Below are positions 32,391 to 43,829 of a stretch of DNA of 64,000 nucleotides, piece by piece. Position numbers and translations under genes: made by a program. The notes beneath the pieces are model-generated. The model worked only from the letters and a program-made list of their open reading frames with translations. It was not told where the DNA came from and ran no database searches. Numbering within the stretch: position 1 is the first letter of the stretch; the number at the start of each line of letters is the position of its first letter. The DNA is from an uncultured Chthonomonadaceae bacterium (GTDB taxonomy: Bacteria; Armatimonadota; Chthonomonadetes; Chthonomonadales; Chthonomonadaceae): assembly GCA_963835065.1 (NCBI GenBank), contig CAWIEK010000001.1, positions 1 to 64,000 of the forward strand, read 5' to 3'.

Positions 32391-33488
32391 ATGACAGCCA
32401 ATTCTCACAACTCCATATCCAACGTTTCTCCGTTCGAACTCGCGGCCTCCAACTTTTCGCGGCGGCAGTTTCTCACGCGGACGGGACAGACGCTTGCCGC
32501 TCTGACCGCCACAAACCTGCTCCTGACAGGACAGGCGCACGGCGATAAGGCTCCGATCAAAATCACGGTCGGCAGCGGGCATCACAAGTACGAATGGGTA
32601 AGCGACTGGCTTGTGCCGCCCGACAATATCCATTGGGGCGATACGCAGGGCGTGACGCAGGACGCCAAAGGCAACATTTATGTCACGCACACGGTTGCCG
32701 CCACCAGCCCGGTGAAGGACGCCATTGTGGTGTTCGACAAGAACGGCAAATTTCTGACCTCGTGGGGCAGCCGATTTGCGGGCGGCGGGCACGGCATTGA
32801 CATTCGCAAGGAAGGCAAGCAGGAATTTCTGTACCACTGCGACACGTTTCACCGCGTGGTCGTGAAAACCACGCTGACAGGCGAAGTCATCTGGGAGAAA
32901 GGCGCTCCGCCCGAACCCGGCGTCTACAAGGATAAAGCGCCCTTCGTGCCGACGAATGTGTGTTTCGCGCCCAACGGCGACTTTTACATTGCCGACGGGT
33001 ATGGCTCCAGTTACATCCACCATTACAACATTGAAGGCAGTTGGATACGAACGTTCGCCGGGCCGGGAACGGAATTGGGCAAATGCCACACGCCGCACGG
33101 CCTCTGGCTGGACACGCGGGGCAGTGAGCCGCTGCTGATGGTTTCGGATCGGGAAAACAACCGCCTGCAATACTTTTCGCTGGACGGTAAGGGCGTGTCC
33201 ATTGTGAAAGCCCCGATGCGCCGCCCGTGCAATTCCGACATTTACAAGGGCGAAATGGTCATCCCCGATCTGTCGAGCGTGGTGACGATTCTGGACAAAG
33301 ACAACAATGTGGCGGCCATGCTGGGCGACGGCGCGGGCGTGGAGGATTTGCGCGGGCATCCCCGCGCGGACTTCATCCCCGGCAAGTTCATCCACCCGCA
33401 CGACGCCATGTATCTGCGTAACGGCGATATTTTGGTCGCGGAATGGATTCCGATTGGGCGGCTGACGCTGTTGAAGAGAATGAAGTAG
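32391..33488 (+). CDS. Tat-exported NHL-repeat beta-propeller protein (peptidylglycine amidating lyase-like)
   Basis: SRRQFL Tat motif; FYIADGYGS, TPHGLWLD, DRENNRLQ, HPHD. Confidence 0.85.
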   Translation: MTANSHNSISNVSPFELAASNFSRRQFLTRTGQTLAALTATNLLLTGQAHGDKAPIKITVGSGHHKYEWVSDWLVPPDNIHWGDTQGVTQDAKGNIYVTHTVAATSPVKDAIVVFDKNGKFLTSWGSRFAGGGHGIDIRKEGKQEFLYHCDTFHRVVVKTTLTGEVIWEKGAPPEPGVYKDKAPFVPTNVCFAPNGDFYIADGYGSSYIHHYNIEGSWIRTFAGPGTELGKCHTPHGLWLDTRGSEPLLMVSDRENNRLQYFSLDGKGVSIVKAPMRRPCNSDIYKGEMVIPDLSSVVTILDKDNNVAAMLGDGAGVEDLRGHPRADFIPGKFIHPHDAMYLRNGDILVAEWIPIGRLTLLKRMK

Positions 33489-33588
33489 TCAGTAGTCAGT
33501 AGTCAGTAGAAATGCGTTTTCCTGCAACGCGTGCTTCTCGTGCAAAGAGGTAAGCAGAAGAGCGATTTTCTACTGACTACTGACTACT
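33485..33588. repeat. Inverted pair of heptamer arrays (GTAGTCA)n / (TGACTAC)n
   Basis: agtagtcagtagtcagtagtcagtagaaa ... tttctactgactactgactact. Confidence 0.8.
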
Positions 33589-33603
33589 TCTGGAGGTCTT
33601 CCT

Positions 33604-34659
33604 TTGTATCGTGGAGTAATTGAACGCTATCGGGCGTGGCTGCCCGTTGGCGAAAAGACGCCGATTGTTTCGCTGCTGGAAGGGGACACGCCCTTGATTC
33701 CCCTGCCGCGTTTGGCGGCGGTTATCAGCCCGCATGTCACGCTATACGGCAAGTTCGAGGGCATGAACCCGACCGGCTCGTTTAAGGATCGGGGCATGAC
33801 GCTGGCCGTCACCAAAGCGCATGAGGACGGACAGCAAACGGTGATGTGCGCGAGTACGGGCAACACGAGCGCGGCGGCGGCGGCGTATGCGGCGCGAGCG
33901 GGCATGGGCTGCTTCGTGCTGGTTCCCGGCGGCAACATCGCGCTTGGCAAACTGTCGCAGGCGCTGATTCACGGCGCGAAAGTGCTGGCGATTGACGGCA
34001 ACTTCGACGACGCGCTGTGTCTCGTCCGCGACATATGCGCCCAATATCCCATCGCCCTTGTTAATTCCATCAACCCGTATCGGCTGGAAGGGCAGAAGAC
34101 CGCCGCCTTTGAGGTCGTGGACGCGCTCGGCCACGCGCCCGATTACCACGTTTTGCCGGTGGGCAACGCGGGCAACATCACGGCGTATTGGAAGGGCTAT
34201 TCGGAGTACCATGCGGCAGGCAAGTGCGCCAATCTTCCCAAAATGCTCGGTTTTCAGGCGGAAGGCGCAATGCCGCTCGTGACGGGCAAGCCTGTTTCCA
34301 ATCCCAACACGGTTGCCACCGCTATCCGTATCGGCAACCCGGCAGGCTGGCAAAGCGCAATCCGGGCGCGGGATGAATCGGGCGGGCGCATTGACAGCGT
34401 GACGGATGAGGAAATTCTGGACGCTTACAAACTGCTGCCCGCTTTAGAAGGCGTGTTCGTGGAGCCGGCAAGCGCCGCGTCCATCGCCGGCCTGCGCAAA
34501 CTGGCCGCGCAAGGCTTCTTCACGCAGCCCGTTACGATTGTCGCAACGCTGACGGGGCACGGCTTGAAAGACCCGGAACGCGCCGTGCAGCAATCCGGTG
34601 AATCTCTAATCTCGGTTCCCACAACCCGCAACGCCGTTCTCGCCGCCATTGGCTACTGA
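33604..34659 (+). CDS. thrC: Threonine synthase
   Basis: [47 protein letters not shown]. Confidence 0.95.
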   Translation: MYRGVIERYRAWLPVGEKTPIVSLLEGDTPLIPLPRLAAVISPHVTLYGKFEGMNPTGSFKDRGMTLAVTKAHEDGQQTVMCASTGNTSAAAAAYAARAGMGCFVLVPGGNIALGKLSQALIHGAKVLAIDGNFDDALCLVRDICAQYPIALVNSINPYRLEGQKTAAFEVVDALGHAPDYHVLPVGNAGNITAYWKGYSEYHAAGKCANLPKMLGFQAEGAMPLVTGKPVSNPNTVATAIRIGNPAGWQSAIRARDESGGRIDSVTDEEILDAYKLLPALEGVFVEPASAASIAGLRKLAAQGFFTQPVTIVATLTGHGLKDPERAVQQSGESLISVPTTRNAVLAAIGY

Positions 34660-34721
34660 AATGATAGAGGAACTCAGTCCGCGCCGAAAATAGTTCTTCA
34701 GGGTGCAGGGAGGGCTTGCAG

Positions 34722-35596
34722 ATGATGCAGATTTTTGACAGCACGATCAAAGACATTCTCAATGAGCGTCTTGACGCTCTTGAGAAGCACTTCGATGCTG
34801 ATATTGTCTTCTTCTTCGGAGAAATCTTTGTCGCCGTGGAAAAGTTCTTCCGCGACTGTATCGAAAAACTTAAGAAGATACAAGTCAGGAGAAACAAAGG
34901 CTGGTATTGTTTCTCAACACTCCCGGCGGCAGTGCCGAAACTGTAGAGAAAATGGTGGAAATTGTACGTTTCCACTATCAAGAAGTATATTTTGTTGTAC
35001 CGGACACAGCACTGTCTGCCGGAACGATTTTCTGCATGTCCGGCGATAAAATCTTTATGGATTATTCCTCTTCTCTCGGTCCCATTGATCCACAAGTTTT
35101 CAATGGCACACAGTACGTACCGGCTCTGGGTTATCTGGATCAGGTTGAGAAGATTCTGGAGAAAGCAAGAAATGGTACAATCACGCAGGCCGAATTCTTG
35201 ATTCTTCAAAATCAAGATTTGGCTATGCTAAATCAGTATGAGCAACAGAAGAATTTAACCATAACTCTGCTGAAGAAATGGCTTGTTGAGTACAAGTTCC
35301 GTGACTGGCAGACGCATGGCTCCAACCCTGCGAAACTTGGGCAAATTGTCACCGTAGAAGAAAAAGAACAACGCGCAGAGGAAATTGCCATCCTGCTCGG
35401 CAACAATCAAATATGGCATTCTCATGGCAGGTACATAAGCGCCAACACGCTTCAAACGTTCGTCAAGTTGAAGATTGAGGACTACTCCTCGGACGCAATA
35501 TTGAAGCCTCTTATTCGCGCGTATAACGACCTTCTCACCGAGTACATCAGACGCAACAACTATACTGTTTTTCTGCACAGCAAATTTTTGTTCTGA
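34722..35596 (+). CDS. SDH_sah-family ClpP-fold serine protease (frameshift ~34830-34900)
   Basis: LNTPGGS...ALSAGTIFCMSGDKIFM...LGPIDPQ...WHSHGRYI. Confidence 0.85.
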
Positions 35597-35610
35597 GGAG
35601 AAGAAGCAAA

Positions 35611-35814
35611 ATGTCATTAGTGGAGAGAGTACAACAATGTGTAGCAGCCAACGAGCCTCAGCTTAACAATGACCCGGAGTTTGTGAAACTCCGCGATTTT
35701 TATCATGAGATGCAGCAGGCAGGCATTGCAAAAAAAGCAACCTACTCGTTGCCGCCGCTCGATACGGTAGGAAGAAGAGTTTACCAATTGACCGCCAGTA
35801 AAACACAGCGTTAG
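35611..35814 (+). CDS. Small hypothetical protein directly downstream of the protease
   Basis: GAGGAG RBS, 14 bp after the protease stop, 67 aa. Confidence 0.7.
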   Translation: MSLVERVQQCVAANEPQLNNDPEFVKLRDFYHEMQQAGIAKKATYSLPPLDTVGRRVYQLTASKTQR

Positions 35815-35896
35815 AACTCACTGCATTCGGCAAAGCGCCTGCCGGAGTTGCATTCGCAGCAACCCAGCAGGCATTTGTAATTGCATCGAGGCAAAC

Positions 35897-36224
35897 ATGA
35901 TTGAAGTCGAGCATGTAACAGCAACTGTTCAGATAATGCAAATCCTGCCCGGCAATCCGCTCGTCGCGCGGAACCGCGTCGCCACACAGCAAAGTGCATG
36001 TCCGGGTGAACTACAGCAACAAGGCGCTCGGTCTGATTACCTTGCAGGGAACAGCGGCGGATACCGTTGTACGGGCGGATAGAGAAGGCCACTGGCAGAC
36101 AGCGCCCATCAACATCGGCAGCATTTTGGGAAATCGGGGCGTGGAGTATACGATTGCAGTGACAGCCGCCAACGACGCGGGCGAGCAGTCCGAACCAACA
36201 ACGGCGCGTTTCCGTATCCGGTAG
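35897..36224 (+). CDS. Short Ig-like hypothetical protein or gene fragment (frameshifted)
   Basis: Two overlapping ORFs; beta-rich YTIAVTAANDAGEQSEPTT tail. Confidence 0.4.
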
Positions 36225-36441
36225 AAAGCAGGTTATGCTAACAGCGTGTCAGAACTAGGGGATAGGCGCGGCAAGCAGCGCCCCTACAACACGAACTTCT
36301 CATACACCGTTAGTATAGAAGCGCGGCAGGGCAGGGCAAATTCCTTTTGCTGACATGGCAAGGCTCATATAGCAGAAGGAGTTTGCCTGCGCATACTTTC
36401 ACCGGCGCAGGCTTCAAACGTATGTCTTCAGAGGAGACGCA

Positions 36442-36846
36442 ATGAGCGCGATCAAGGAATTTCAAACGTTTATACTGCGTGGCAATGTGGTTGACCTGGC
36501 GGTCGGCGTGGTCATTGGCGCGGCGTTTACGGGTGTCGTGACGGCGTTCACCAAAGACATTCTCACGCCCATCATCGGCATTCCCGGCAAAATGAATTTC
36601 AGCGAGTATGCCTTCACCATCAACGGCAGCAAGTTCCTGATAGGCGAATTCCTCAACACGCTCATCAGTTTTGTGCTGACCGCGCTGGTAGTCTTCTTCC
36701 TTGTCGTTCGGCCCGTCAACTGGCTGGTGGCGCGGCGCAAGGTGGACACGCCCGCCGAAGAAACCACCCGCGAATGTCCGCAATGCCTGAGCAAAATCCC
36801 CCTCAAAGCCACGCGCTGCGCGTTCTGCACGTCGGAAGTTAGTTGA
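36442..36846 (+). CDS. mscL: Large-conductance mechanosensitive channel with C-terminal CxxC..CxxC zinc ribbon
   Basis: EFQTFILRGNVVDLAVGVVIGAAF; RECPQCLSKIPLKATRCAFCT. Confidence 0.95.
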   Translation: MSAIKEFQTFILRGNVVDLAVGVVIGAAFTGVVTAFTKDILTPIIGIPGKMNFSEYAFTINGSKFLIGEFLNTLISFVLTALVVFFLVVRPVNWLVARRKVDTPAEETTRECPQCLSKIPLKATRCAFCTSEVS

Positions 36847-36953
36847 AGGTTGAGAGTTGAAGGTTGAGAGTTGAGAGTTGCGGGTTTACTGCCGCACACA
36901 TTCCTTGTCCTGCTCAAAATCCCATGTTGAGCAGGATAAGATTGGAAGGACGG

Positions 36954-37206
36954 TTATGGGGCGTCAATTTCTCTACTGCCCTGAATATTAGCGATACTGT
37001 AGCCTAACTGATTTAGGAACTGCTCCACTTCGTGAAGTGAACGAAAATAGTGTACTTCGCGTTTGCGATAATCCTCCTCTTTATGGTCAGCATCGCTGTC
37101 ATGTACGGCCTTACTGAGTTCGATGACAAGCGCCATAAACGGTCGTTCCTGCACATCACGCTTTTCCTCGACTAGCCTCATGTAGACTTTACGGTAGTGC
37201 CTAAAC
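36954..37206 (-). CDS. Small hypothetical protein
   Basis: ORF only; start uncertain. Confidence 0.45.
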
Positions 37207-37235
37207 ATTAAACAGCCTGCCTGAATGGAACAGGG

Positions 37236-38009
37236 ATGAAGAAGCCTTGCCAACAGTGTCTTCGCGCCTTCTTGGTCTTACTCTTGGTCTTCATCATGGT
37301 TCTGCGTCCCGGACATGCGCTGGAACAAAGGCAGCCGCGCCCAAAACGCCCCCTGTCCAAGCCTCCTTCGCTGGATATTGACAACTTGATCTCTGTCCTG
37401 CATCCTATGATCTTGGGCTGCGAACTTCCAAACGCGCATCTGCATCTGGTTATCAAAGGCTTCGCGGGTTTTCCGATGGAGGGTTGGGAATACATTCAGT
37501 TGAGGGACGGCAGGCAAGCGCGGATACTCCACACGCTCAATGATCTGCGCGGCCATGTTTCCATTACTGATGGCCCAACCGCTTTGCGCTATGTGCGTCT
37601 GCTGACTTCCCCGGAAACCTGGTTTTTGTGGAAGCAGAATCGTCTTGAGGTGGAAATCCTCGAAGCCGGAGAGGCTCTGTTTCTTCCCAATTACGGCTTG
37701 CAGGAGCAGTCACATTCTTTCTCTTCGCCGGACTTTACCCTTATGGGGGATGGCAGCATGGGAATACTGACGCGCAAGGCTTATCGCGCCGGAGGCTTTG
37801 CGCCTGCGGCGGTTGTGCCTGTCGCGGGAGGTTTTCAGATCACCCGTTGGCTGTACAGCGAAGAGATTGGCGACAACAGGGAGGCAGGCAGCGCGCGGCA
37901 AATACAGGAGTTCGTTGGCGCAGACGGAACCTACCGCCGTACCCTGCTGAAAACGCGCTCCGCGCCCTCCCTGCCGAACGCGCAATTAACCATCCCAAAG
38001 TTCGAGTAG
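37236..38009 (+). CDS. Hypothetical exported protein
   Basis: N-terminal signal peptide; no recognised family. Confidence 0.6.
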   Translation: MKKPCQQCLRAFLVLLLVFIMVLRPGHALEQRQPRPKRPLSKPPSLDIDNLISVLHPMILGCELPNAHLHLVIKGFAGFPMEGWEYIQLRDGRQARILHTLNDLRGHVSITDGPTALRYVRLLTSPETWFLWKQNRLEVEILEAGEALFLPNYGLQEQSHSFSSPDFTLMGDGSMGILTRKAYRAGGFAPAAVVPVAGGFQITRWLYSEEIGDNREAGSARQIQEFVGADGTYRRTLLKTRSAPSLPNAQLTIPKFE

Positions 38010-38019
38010 CGTACAGCCT

Positions 38020-39324
38020 TCATTCTGCGCTTTCTACAATCAGTTGCGCCACCTGCGTTTCCGGGTCGTCGAGTTGGAGTTCCTTGATCTTTCTGGCGAT
38101 ACGTTTGGCAATTGCTTTCGCCTGCGGGAACGCCTCGCTTGTCCAGTAGCGGTTTTCCTTGCTGAAGAAGCCGATCTCATGCAGGAACAGACAGGGAAAC
38201 TCGAAAAACTCGCCGATAGTGCCTTCATCGCCCAGGTTGAAGGAGCCGTCCGGTTTCAGCGACTTTGTAAGACAGAAATCCAGCATTTTGCGGATTTCGG
38301 TTTTGGCGGTGGCTTTCTGGGCGGCGGTCATGGCCGGCCAGCCATAGTGGAACAGGGACACAACATCATAGTTGTGATGATCCGACATTTGCCCCTCCTG
38401 CAGCCAGCCGTAAGGCCATTCCAGATTCTTCATTGCCAATGTGGTTTGGATTATCTGAGGCCAGCGCTTGACCTTGCCTTCACGGTAATGAATAATGTGG
38501 AACGTGGCGCTCATGTCGGCGGTTTTGCGGATGCCGCCGTCCTGCGTTTTGAACCAGCAGCCCCAAAAGCCGGTCTGCGGGTCTTGCCACTTGTTGTCTA
38601 CATAGTCCAGCATGGCCGCTTTGAGTTGCGGATGAAAAGCGTAGCCGGAGGGAAGCGTGCCCAAAATCAGGCGCACAAGATCGGTTCCGCTGAGGTTCAA
38701 CTCAAAGCGCGTGTCCTCGCCGGTTTTGCGCACATCGGCAATCAGCAGCCTGTCCATATAGGCGCGGAACTTGTCGGGGCTGTTGATTTCATCCAGGAAG
38801 CGCAGCGGGCGCTTGGGTTTGGCGTCCAGGTATTGCATGACCACCAGTTTGTCACACGCGGCATCCACCTTATAAAACCACGCTTGATTGCACGGGTTGA
38901 AACTGCCATCCACAGGAGATTGCTCCTTCGCTTCCGGGGGATCGGCGGATTGTTTGAGCAGGTCGCGCAAGGCTTGCAGCCGTTTCTCAATTCTGTCGAA
39001 ATTTGCGGTGTACTGTACCAGCCAGTGCGCTTCCACATAAATTTGCCGCGCGCAGGGCGTTTTGCGGCCAGATTTGGCCTGGCGAAACATCTCCTGTCGC
39101 AGCTGCTCCAACTCGTCTTTACACTTGTTGATTTTCGGGCGATATTGGGGATCATACGCCCGAAAGTCCGCAGCCGGGTCGTAACCGAAAACGCCCCATG
39201 CTTCACTGCGGGAGCGCGTCCCGGATTTTGCAGGGGCTTCCTGAGCGTACACAGACGCGGGGAACGTTGCTATCGCGGAAAAGATAAACAGGATCATTGC
39301 AGCCATGTTGGTTTTTGGGCGCAT
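38020..39324 (-). CDS. Hypothetical secreted protein (possibly alpha/alpha-toroid)
   Basis: GGAGG RBS, signal peptide, WQDPQTGFWG and SLKPDGSF repeats. Confidence 0.7.
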   Translation of the reverse strand: MRPKTNMAAMILFIFSAIATFPASVYAQEAPAKSGTRSRSEAWGVFGYDPAADFRAYDPQYRPKINKCKDELEQLRQEMFRQAKSGRKTPCARQIYVEAHWLVQYTANFDRIEKRLQALRDLLKQSADPPEAKEQSPVDGSFNPCNQAWFYKVDAACDKLVVMQYLDAKPKRPLRFLDEINSPDKFRAYMDRLLIADVRKTGEDTRFELNLSGTDLVRLILGTLPSGYAFHPQLKAAMLDYVDNKWQDPQTGFWGCWFKTQDGGIRKTADMSATFHIIHYREGKVKRWPQIIQTTLAMKNLEWPYGWLQEGQMSDHHNYDVVSLFHYGWPAMTAAQKATAKTEIRKMLDFCLTKSLKPDGSFNLGDEGTIGEFFEFPCLFLHEIGFFSKENRYWTSEAFPQAKAIAKRIARKIKELQLDDPETQVAQLIVESAE

Positions 39325-39512
39325 CCTTGTCCTCCTGGAAGCAGAAAACTGGAAGTGGGAAAGGGTTCTGCGCCACGCCCATTTTCTCCTGCTAAATGTT
39401 TGCGCAAAAGGACGGAATTTTAATGTGAGATACCCTCTTCTCCGACTTAGACCGGAGCAGAGGAGCGGCGCGCAAGAGGCAAGCCCTGAACAACCTTAAG
39501 GAGATTTCTGTC

Positions 39513-41556
39513 GTGTACTTTCGATTTCCTTCCCTTCAACCGCGCTGCTATGGCGCAGTTCGCAGTTTCGTCCTTATGGCGCTGTTGGCTATTGGCGGCC
39601 AGGCGGTTCGCGCGGATGCCGCGCGTGTTCTACATTCCCCGGATGGACGGCTTGAGGTACAGATACAAATGCCTGTACCCGGCTCCGCTGATACGCCGCA
39701 ATGGTCGGCGACCTTTGGCGGCAAGGCCATTTTGAGCAACTGCCGTCTGAGCCTGAACATTGCGGAGGAAGGCGACTTGCTTGCGGGTGTGCGGGTGCAG
39801 GAGGAACGCAGCCGTTCCTGGGATAAGCGAGTGCGTGTGCTATTCGGCAAGACTGACTATGCCAATGACCGCTGCCATGAACTGCGCTTTGTGTTCGAAA
39901 ACCCCCGTCATCGGCGCGTGGCAGTCGTGTTCCGCTGTTACAACGATGCCATCGCCTTTCGCTATGAAGTTCCAAAACAGGCGGGTATAAAGCGGCTGAT
40001 CGTGACCGAGGAAGGCACCTCGTTCACGCCGGTCGGCAATCCACGCGCTTACGTGCAATACCTCGAAAACTACCGGACTTCGCACGAACACAATGTCACC
40101 ACGACGCCCTTGCAGGACATAAAGCCGGATACGCTGCTGGATATGCCCCTGACACTTGCCCGCGAAGATGGTACGTATCTTGCCATTACTGAAGCCGCCT
40201 TGCGCCACTATGCCGGTATGTCGCTGATGCGGATTGCCAATACAGGGGAAGCCGCAGAGTTGATTTGCCGCCTCACGCCCCGCCCGGATGGAACGAAAGT
40301 GGCGCGCGACCTGCCCATGCAGACGCCCTGGCGCGTGGCGCTGGTCGGGGAGCGAGCGGGCGCGCTGTTGGAGTCCAATACGCTCTATTGCCTGAACGAG
40401 CCAAACGCGATTGGCGATACCTCCTGGATCAAGCCGGGCAAGTTGACATTCTCCTGGTGGAACGGCAATGTCGTCAAGGACGGGAAGGCCAGCCCGCCTA
40501 TTTTCAGCATGGAAGCGCAGAAGACGTACATTGATTTTTGCGCCGCCAATGGGCTGGCGTTTCATTCGGTGATTTGCGACAACGAAGACACGCCCTGGTA
40601 TCGGCAGACGCAGAAGGGAGTGGTTCCCGGCCCGGACACGGATGTGACGCAGGTAAGGGCGGATTTAGACCTTGCCGCCATTCGCCGGTATGCGCAGTCA
40701 AAAGGAGTACGGCTGTGGACGTGGGTGCATCAGGCCGCCTTGCGCGGGCGCGTGGAGGAGGCGTTTGCCGCCTTCGAGCGCATCGGGTGGAGCGGCATGA
40801 TGGTGGACTTCTTCGACCATGACGATCAGGAGACAGTGGAGTTTGCCGAGGAGATATTGCAGGCGGCAGCGCGGCATCACATCCTCATCCACTTTCATGG
40901 CGTCTGGAAGCCGACCGGCTGGCAGCGAACCTACCCTAACCTGATGAACCATGAGGGCGCGCTGAACCTCGAATACCTCAAGTGGAGCGACCGCTGCACA
41001 CCGGAACATACGCTCAACCTGCTGTTTACCCGTATGGTGGCAGGGCCGATGGACTACCACGCAGGCGGGTTCCGGGCCGTGACGCGAGAGGCGTTCAAGC
41101 CTATTTATATTGCGCCCAATGTGCTGGGAACGCGATGTTTTCAGTTGGCCTCGTATGTCTGCTTCGACAATCCCAATCCGATGGTGGCGGATTATCCTTC
41201 CGCCTACGAGGGACAACCCGGTTTCGACTTCCTCAAAGTGGTTCCGACATGGTGGGACGAGACGCAGGTGCTAATGGGCAAGGTAGGCGAGGTTCTGGTC
41301 ACGGCGCGGCGCAAGGGACGGAGCGTGGTACGTAGGCGGCATGGGCGCGAAACAGGCGCGAGAGTTGGCGCTGCCGCTCTCCTTCCTCAGTTCCGGGCCG
41401 TATACCGCGAAAGTTTGGAAGGATGCGCCCAATTCGGAGGCGGAACCAAACCGATTGCTGACGGAGGCGTTTACGGCTTCGTCCGGCGACATGCTGAAAG
41501 TACGAATGGCGCTGGATGGTGGGTTTGTCGCGCAGTTTTCACCCGCTGGAAGGTAA
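39513..41556 (+). CDS. Glycoside hydrolase family 97 (frameshift near 41325)
   Basis: TPWRV, WIKPGK, DFFDHDDQ, FHG..KPTG..RTYPN, RMVAGPMDY, VPTWWDET. Confidence 0.92.
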
Positions 41557-41602
41557 ACAAGTCTTTTTAGTTGATAGTTGCTTTAAAGGAAGGACACGCA
41601 TC

Positions 41603-41896
41603 ATGCAATGGGAGTTTTTGGGAACGCAGGAACTGCAAGAAAGCAGCGCCGCCCGGAAGGGCCATGTCTATGTCTTGTCTATGTGGCGTACACCGGTTCC
41701 GGGCGGATGGCTGCTGATGACGCTCAACAGTCGCAGCAACGACCCGCAACCCGTACAGAGTTTTTACCCGGACGCGCAGCATCTATGGACAGGCAAAACG
41801 CCTGCAGAAGCCGGTTACCTGCTGCGCGCGGCAGGCGCAGGCGCATTGCCTGCCGCAGACATGCTGCTGCTTCCGGCGGAGGAAAATACGGAATAA
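41603..41896 (+). CDS. Small hypothetical protein
   Basis: AAGGA RBS; WRTPVPGGWLL motif. Confidence 0.6.
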   Translation: MQWEFLGTQELQESSAARKGHVYVLSMWRTPVPGGWLLMTLNSRSNDPQPVQSFYPDAQHLWTGKTPAEAGYLLRAAGAGALPAADMLLLPAEENTE

Positions 41897-41971
41897 GGCA
41901 AGGCAACGGTGAAACCGGCTACAACCGCCTGCTGAACTCCAATCGCGTATAAAAACGCCCGGAACCGGTGT

Positions 41972-42529
41972 TCACTTTTCCTGCAGCAGTTTTTCAATGC
42001 TGCGGCTGAGCTGCGCTTCGCCGTCCGCGCCGTTGTAGCCAAGTTCGCCTTCCCAGTGTTGGCGGACATGGCCCTGTTTGTCAATGAGGTACACGGTGGG
42101 CCAATACTTCTGCCCCCAACGGTTCCAGTTCGCGCTGTTGCCATCCACAAGCACGGGATAAGAGATGTCGTGCTGCTTGATGGCGCGGGCGACATTCACA
42201 GTGGCTTTTTCGCCCCGCGTTTCGGGCGTATGGACGCCGATAATCTGCACATTCTGAGCCGCAAACTTCTTTTGCAGCCGCGCATACGCGGGGAGATTAT
42301 GCCGGCAATTGATGCAGCCATACGTCCAGAAGTGTACCACCGTCACTTTGCCTCTGCGCGACGCCAGCGTGACGGGCACGCCCTGCCGGGTGTTGAGCCA
42401 CGGCCCGCCGACCAATTCCTGCGCCGGTTTGTCGTCACGTTCCTGAGCGTTGGCAGGCACGAGGACGCCAATCGCGGTGGCTGCGCCAATCAAGCCCAAC
42501 AGTCGGGCAACATTGTTTCTGATGTTCAT
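41972..42529 (-). CDS. Exported thioredoxin-like redoxin (DipZ C-terminal-like)
   Basis: Signal peptide; FWTYGCINC, IGVHTPE, YWPTVYLID. Confidence 0.9.
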   Translation of the reverse strand: MNIRNNVARLLGLIGAATAIGVLVPANAQERDDKPAQELVGGPWLNTRQGVPVTLASRRGKVTVVHFWTYGCINCRHNLPAYARLQKKFAAQNVQIIGVHTPETRGEKATVNVARAIKQHDISYPVLVDGNSANWNRWGQKYWPTVYLIDKQGHVRQHWEGELGYNGADGEAQLSRSIEKLLQEK

Positions 42530-42635
42530 TCTTCTAACGGTCTTTCTTCGTTCAGCCTACTCCGTTCACGCTAAGGAGTGGGGCGCTGAAAGTTCGTATT
42601 TCCCGCACTCCTATCAACTATCAACTATCAACTGC

Positions 42636-42950
42636 TTAAGAAGCAGACTTCGTATTTTGCTGCTCCACGAGCGTCATTTCCGCATCGAGGGCTTCGCGGC
42701 GTTCGGACGTTAAACCGGTGTTCGCGTTAGCAGGCGTTTCCGGCGCGTGATCCAATTGGTTCAAGTGGGAATGTATGTCTTCCAGGGCGGCCAGCGCTGT
42801 TCGGCATTTGGAACAGGTGGCAACATGGAACTTGGTATATAGCTTCGCGGGGCCTTTCAGCGAGCCGTCGGCCAGTCCGTTGACCATATTGTCCATGTGT
42901 TCGCAAGGCTCAATAACGCGCGGCAATTCGGCGTTTTGATTGGTTGTCAT
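42636..42950 (-). CDS. Soluble zinc-binding anti-sigma factor
   Basis: C...HVATCSKC motif, directly downstream of the ECF sigma. Confidence 0.8.
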   Translation of the reverse strand: MTTNQNAELPRVIEPCEHMDNMVNGLADGSLKGPAKLYTKFHVATCSKCRTALAALEDIHSHLNQLDHAPETPANANTGLTSERREALDAEMTLVEQQNTKSAS

Positions 42951-42956
42951 AGCGTG

Positions 42957-43565
42957 TCAAGCTCTCCTTCGTTGGTGCGCGTAGTCGTACAGCGACGTGT
43001 GCAGTGTTTTGCGGGCGCGGGATAAGCGCGAACGGACGGTTCCAATCGGAATCTTAAGTTCGCGGGCGGCTTCGGCGTAATCCATGTCCTGAACATCCAC
43101 CAGAATCACGCACAAGCGCAATTCTTCCGACAGCGCGGCAAGGGCGCGTTCCAATGGTTCGTCCAGGATATGCGCCATCAGCGCGTCTGCGGGGCGGTCC
43201 GCCGGTTCGGCGCGCAGATTTTCGGGACTGGCATCGCCCTGCGCGGTCAGCGCTTCCACATCTATGCCCGCGTCCCATTTCTGCTTATGGCGGTATTCGT
43301 TGATGTATACGTTGGTCAGGATACGCAGCAGCCAGGCGCGCAGGTTGGTTCCTTCCGTAAACTTCCCTGCCAGAAACGCCTCATATCCGCGTACCAGGGC
43401 TTCCTGAACCAAATCCTGCGCGTAATCCTCGTTGCGCCCGCATAAGCGGTACGCCCCGCGCAGCAGCGCCGTTTCCTGTTGGCGTATCAGGCGCGTGTAG
43501 GTAGCGCGCCGTTCCGCAGTCACATCCCCGGAGGGTGCGGCGGCAGGAAAATTCGTTTTCGTCAT
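42957..43565 (-). CDS. ECF sigma factor (SigH/SigR-like)
   Basis: AQDLVQEA, GTNLRAWLLRILTN, IPIGTVRSRLSRAR. Confidence 0.92.
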   Translation of the reverse strand: MTKTNFPAAAPSGDVTAERRATYTRLIRQQETALLRGAYRLCGRNEDYAQDLVQEALVRGYEAFLAGKFTEGTNLRAWLLRILTNVYINEYRHKQKWDAGIDVEALTAQGDASPENLRAEPADRPADALMAHILDEPLERALAALSEELRLCVILVDVQDMDYAEAARELKIPIGTVRSRLSRARKTLHTSLYDYAHQRRRA

Positions 43566-43829
43566 CTCGCCTGCTTCCTGTGCGCGCCTATCTTTCTAAC
43601 AATCCAGGAGGCGCAGAAGTTCGATTGGGTGTTGTAACCTTCAAAATAGCGAATTCAATAACTGAGCATAATACCTGCTGTTCGCGCAGGACGCGCCGTT
43701 TTCCTTCTATACCGCAAACATATCAGGCTGACAAACGTTTTGAAGTGTAGCAATGTGTTGTCTGACGCTACAGCCAAAACACGTTTTACGAAACATCACC
43801 TTCTCTCGAAACGCGCGAACAAGCAAAAG

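Noticed and set aside
36770..36846. MscL zinc-ribbon fusion as a novelty
   Set aside because: This C-terminal extension is a commonly seen MscL variant.
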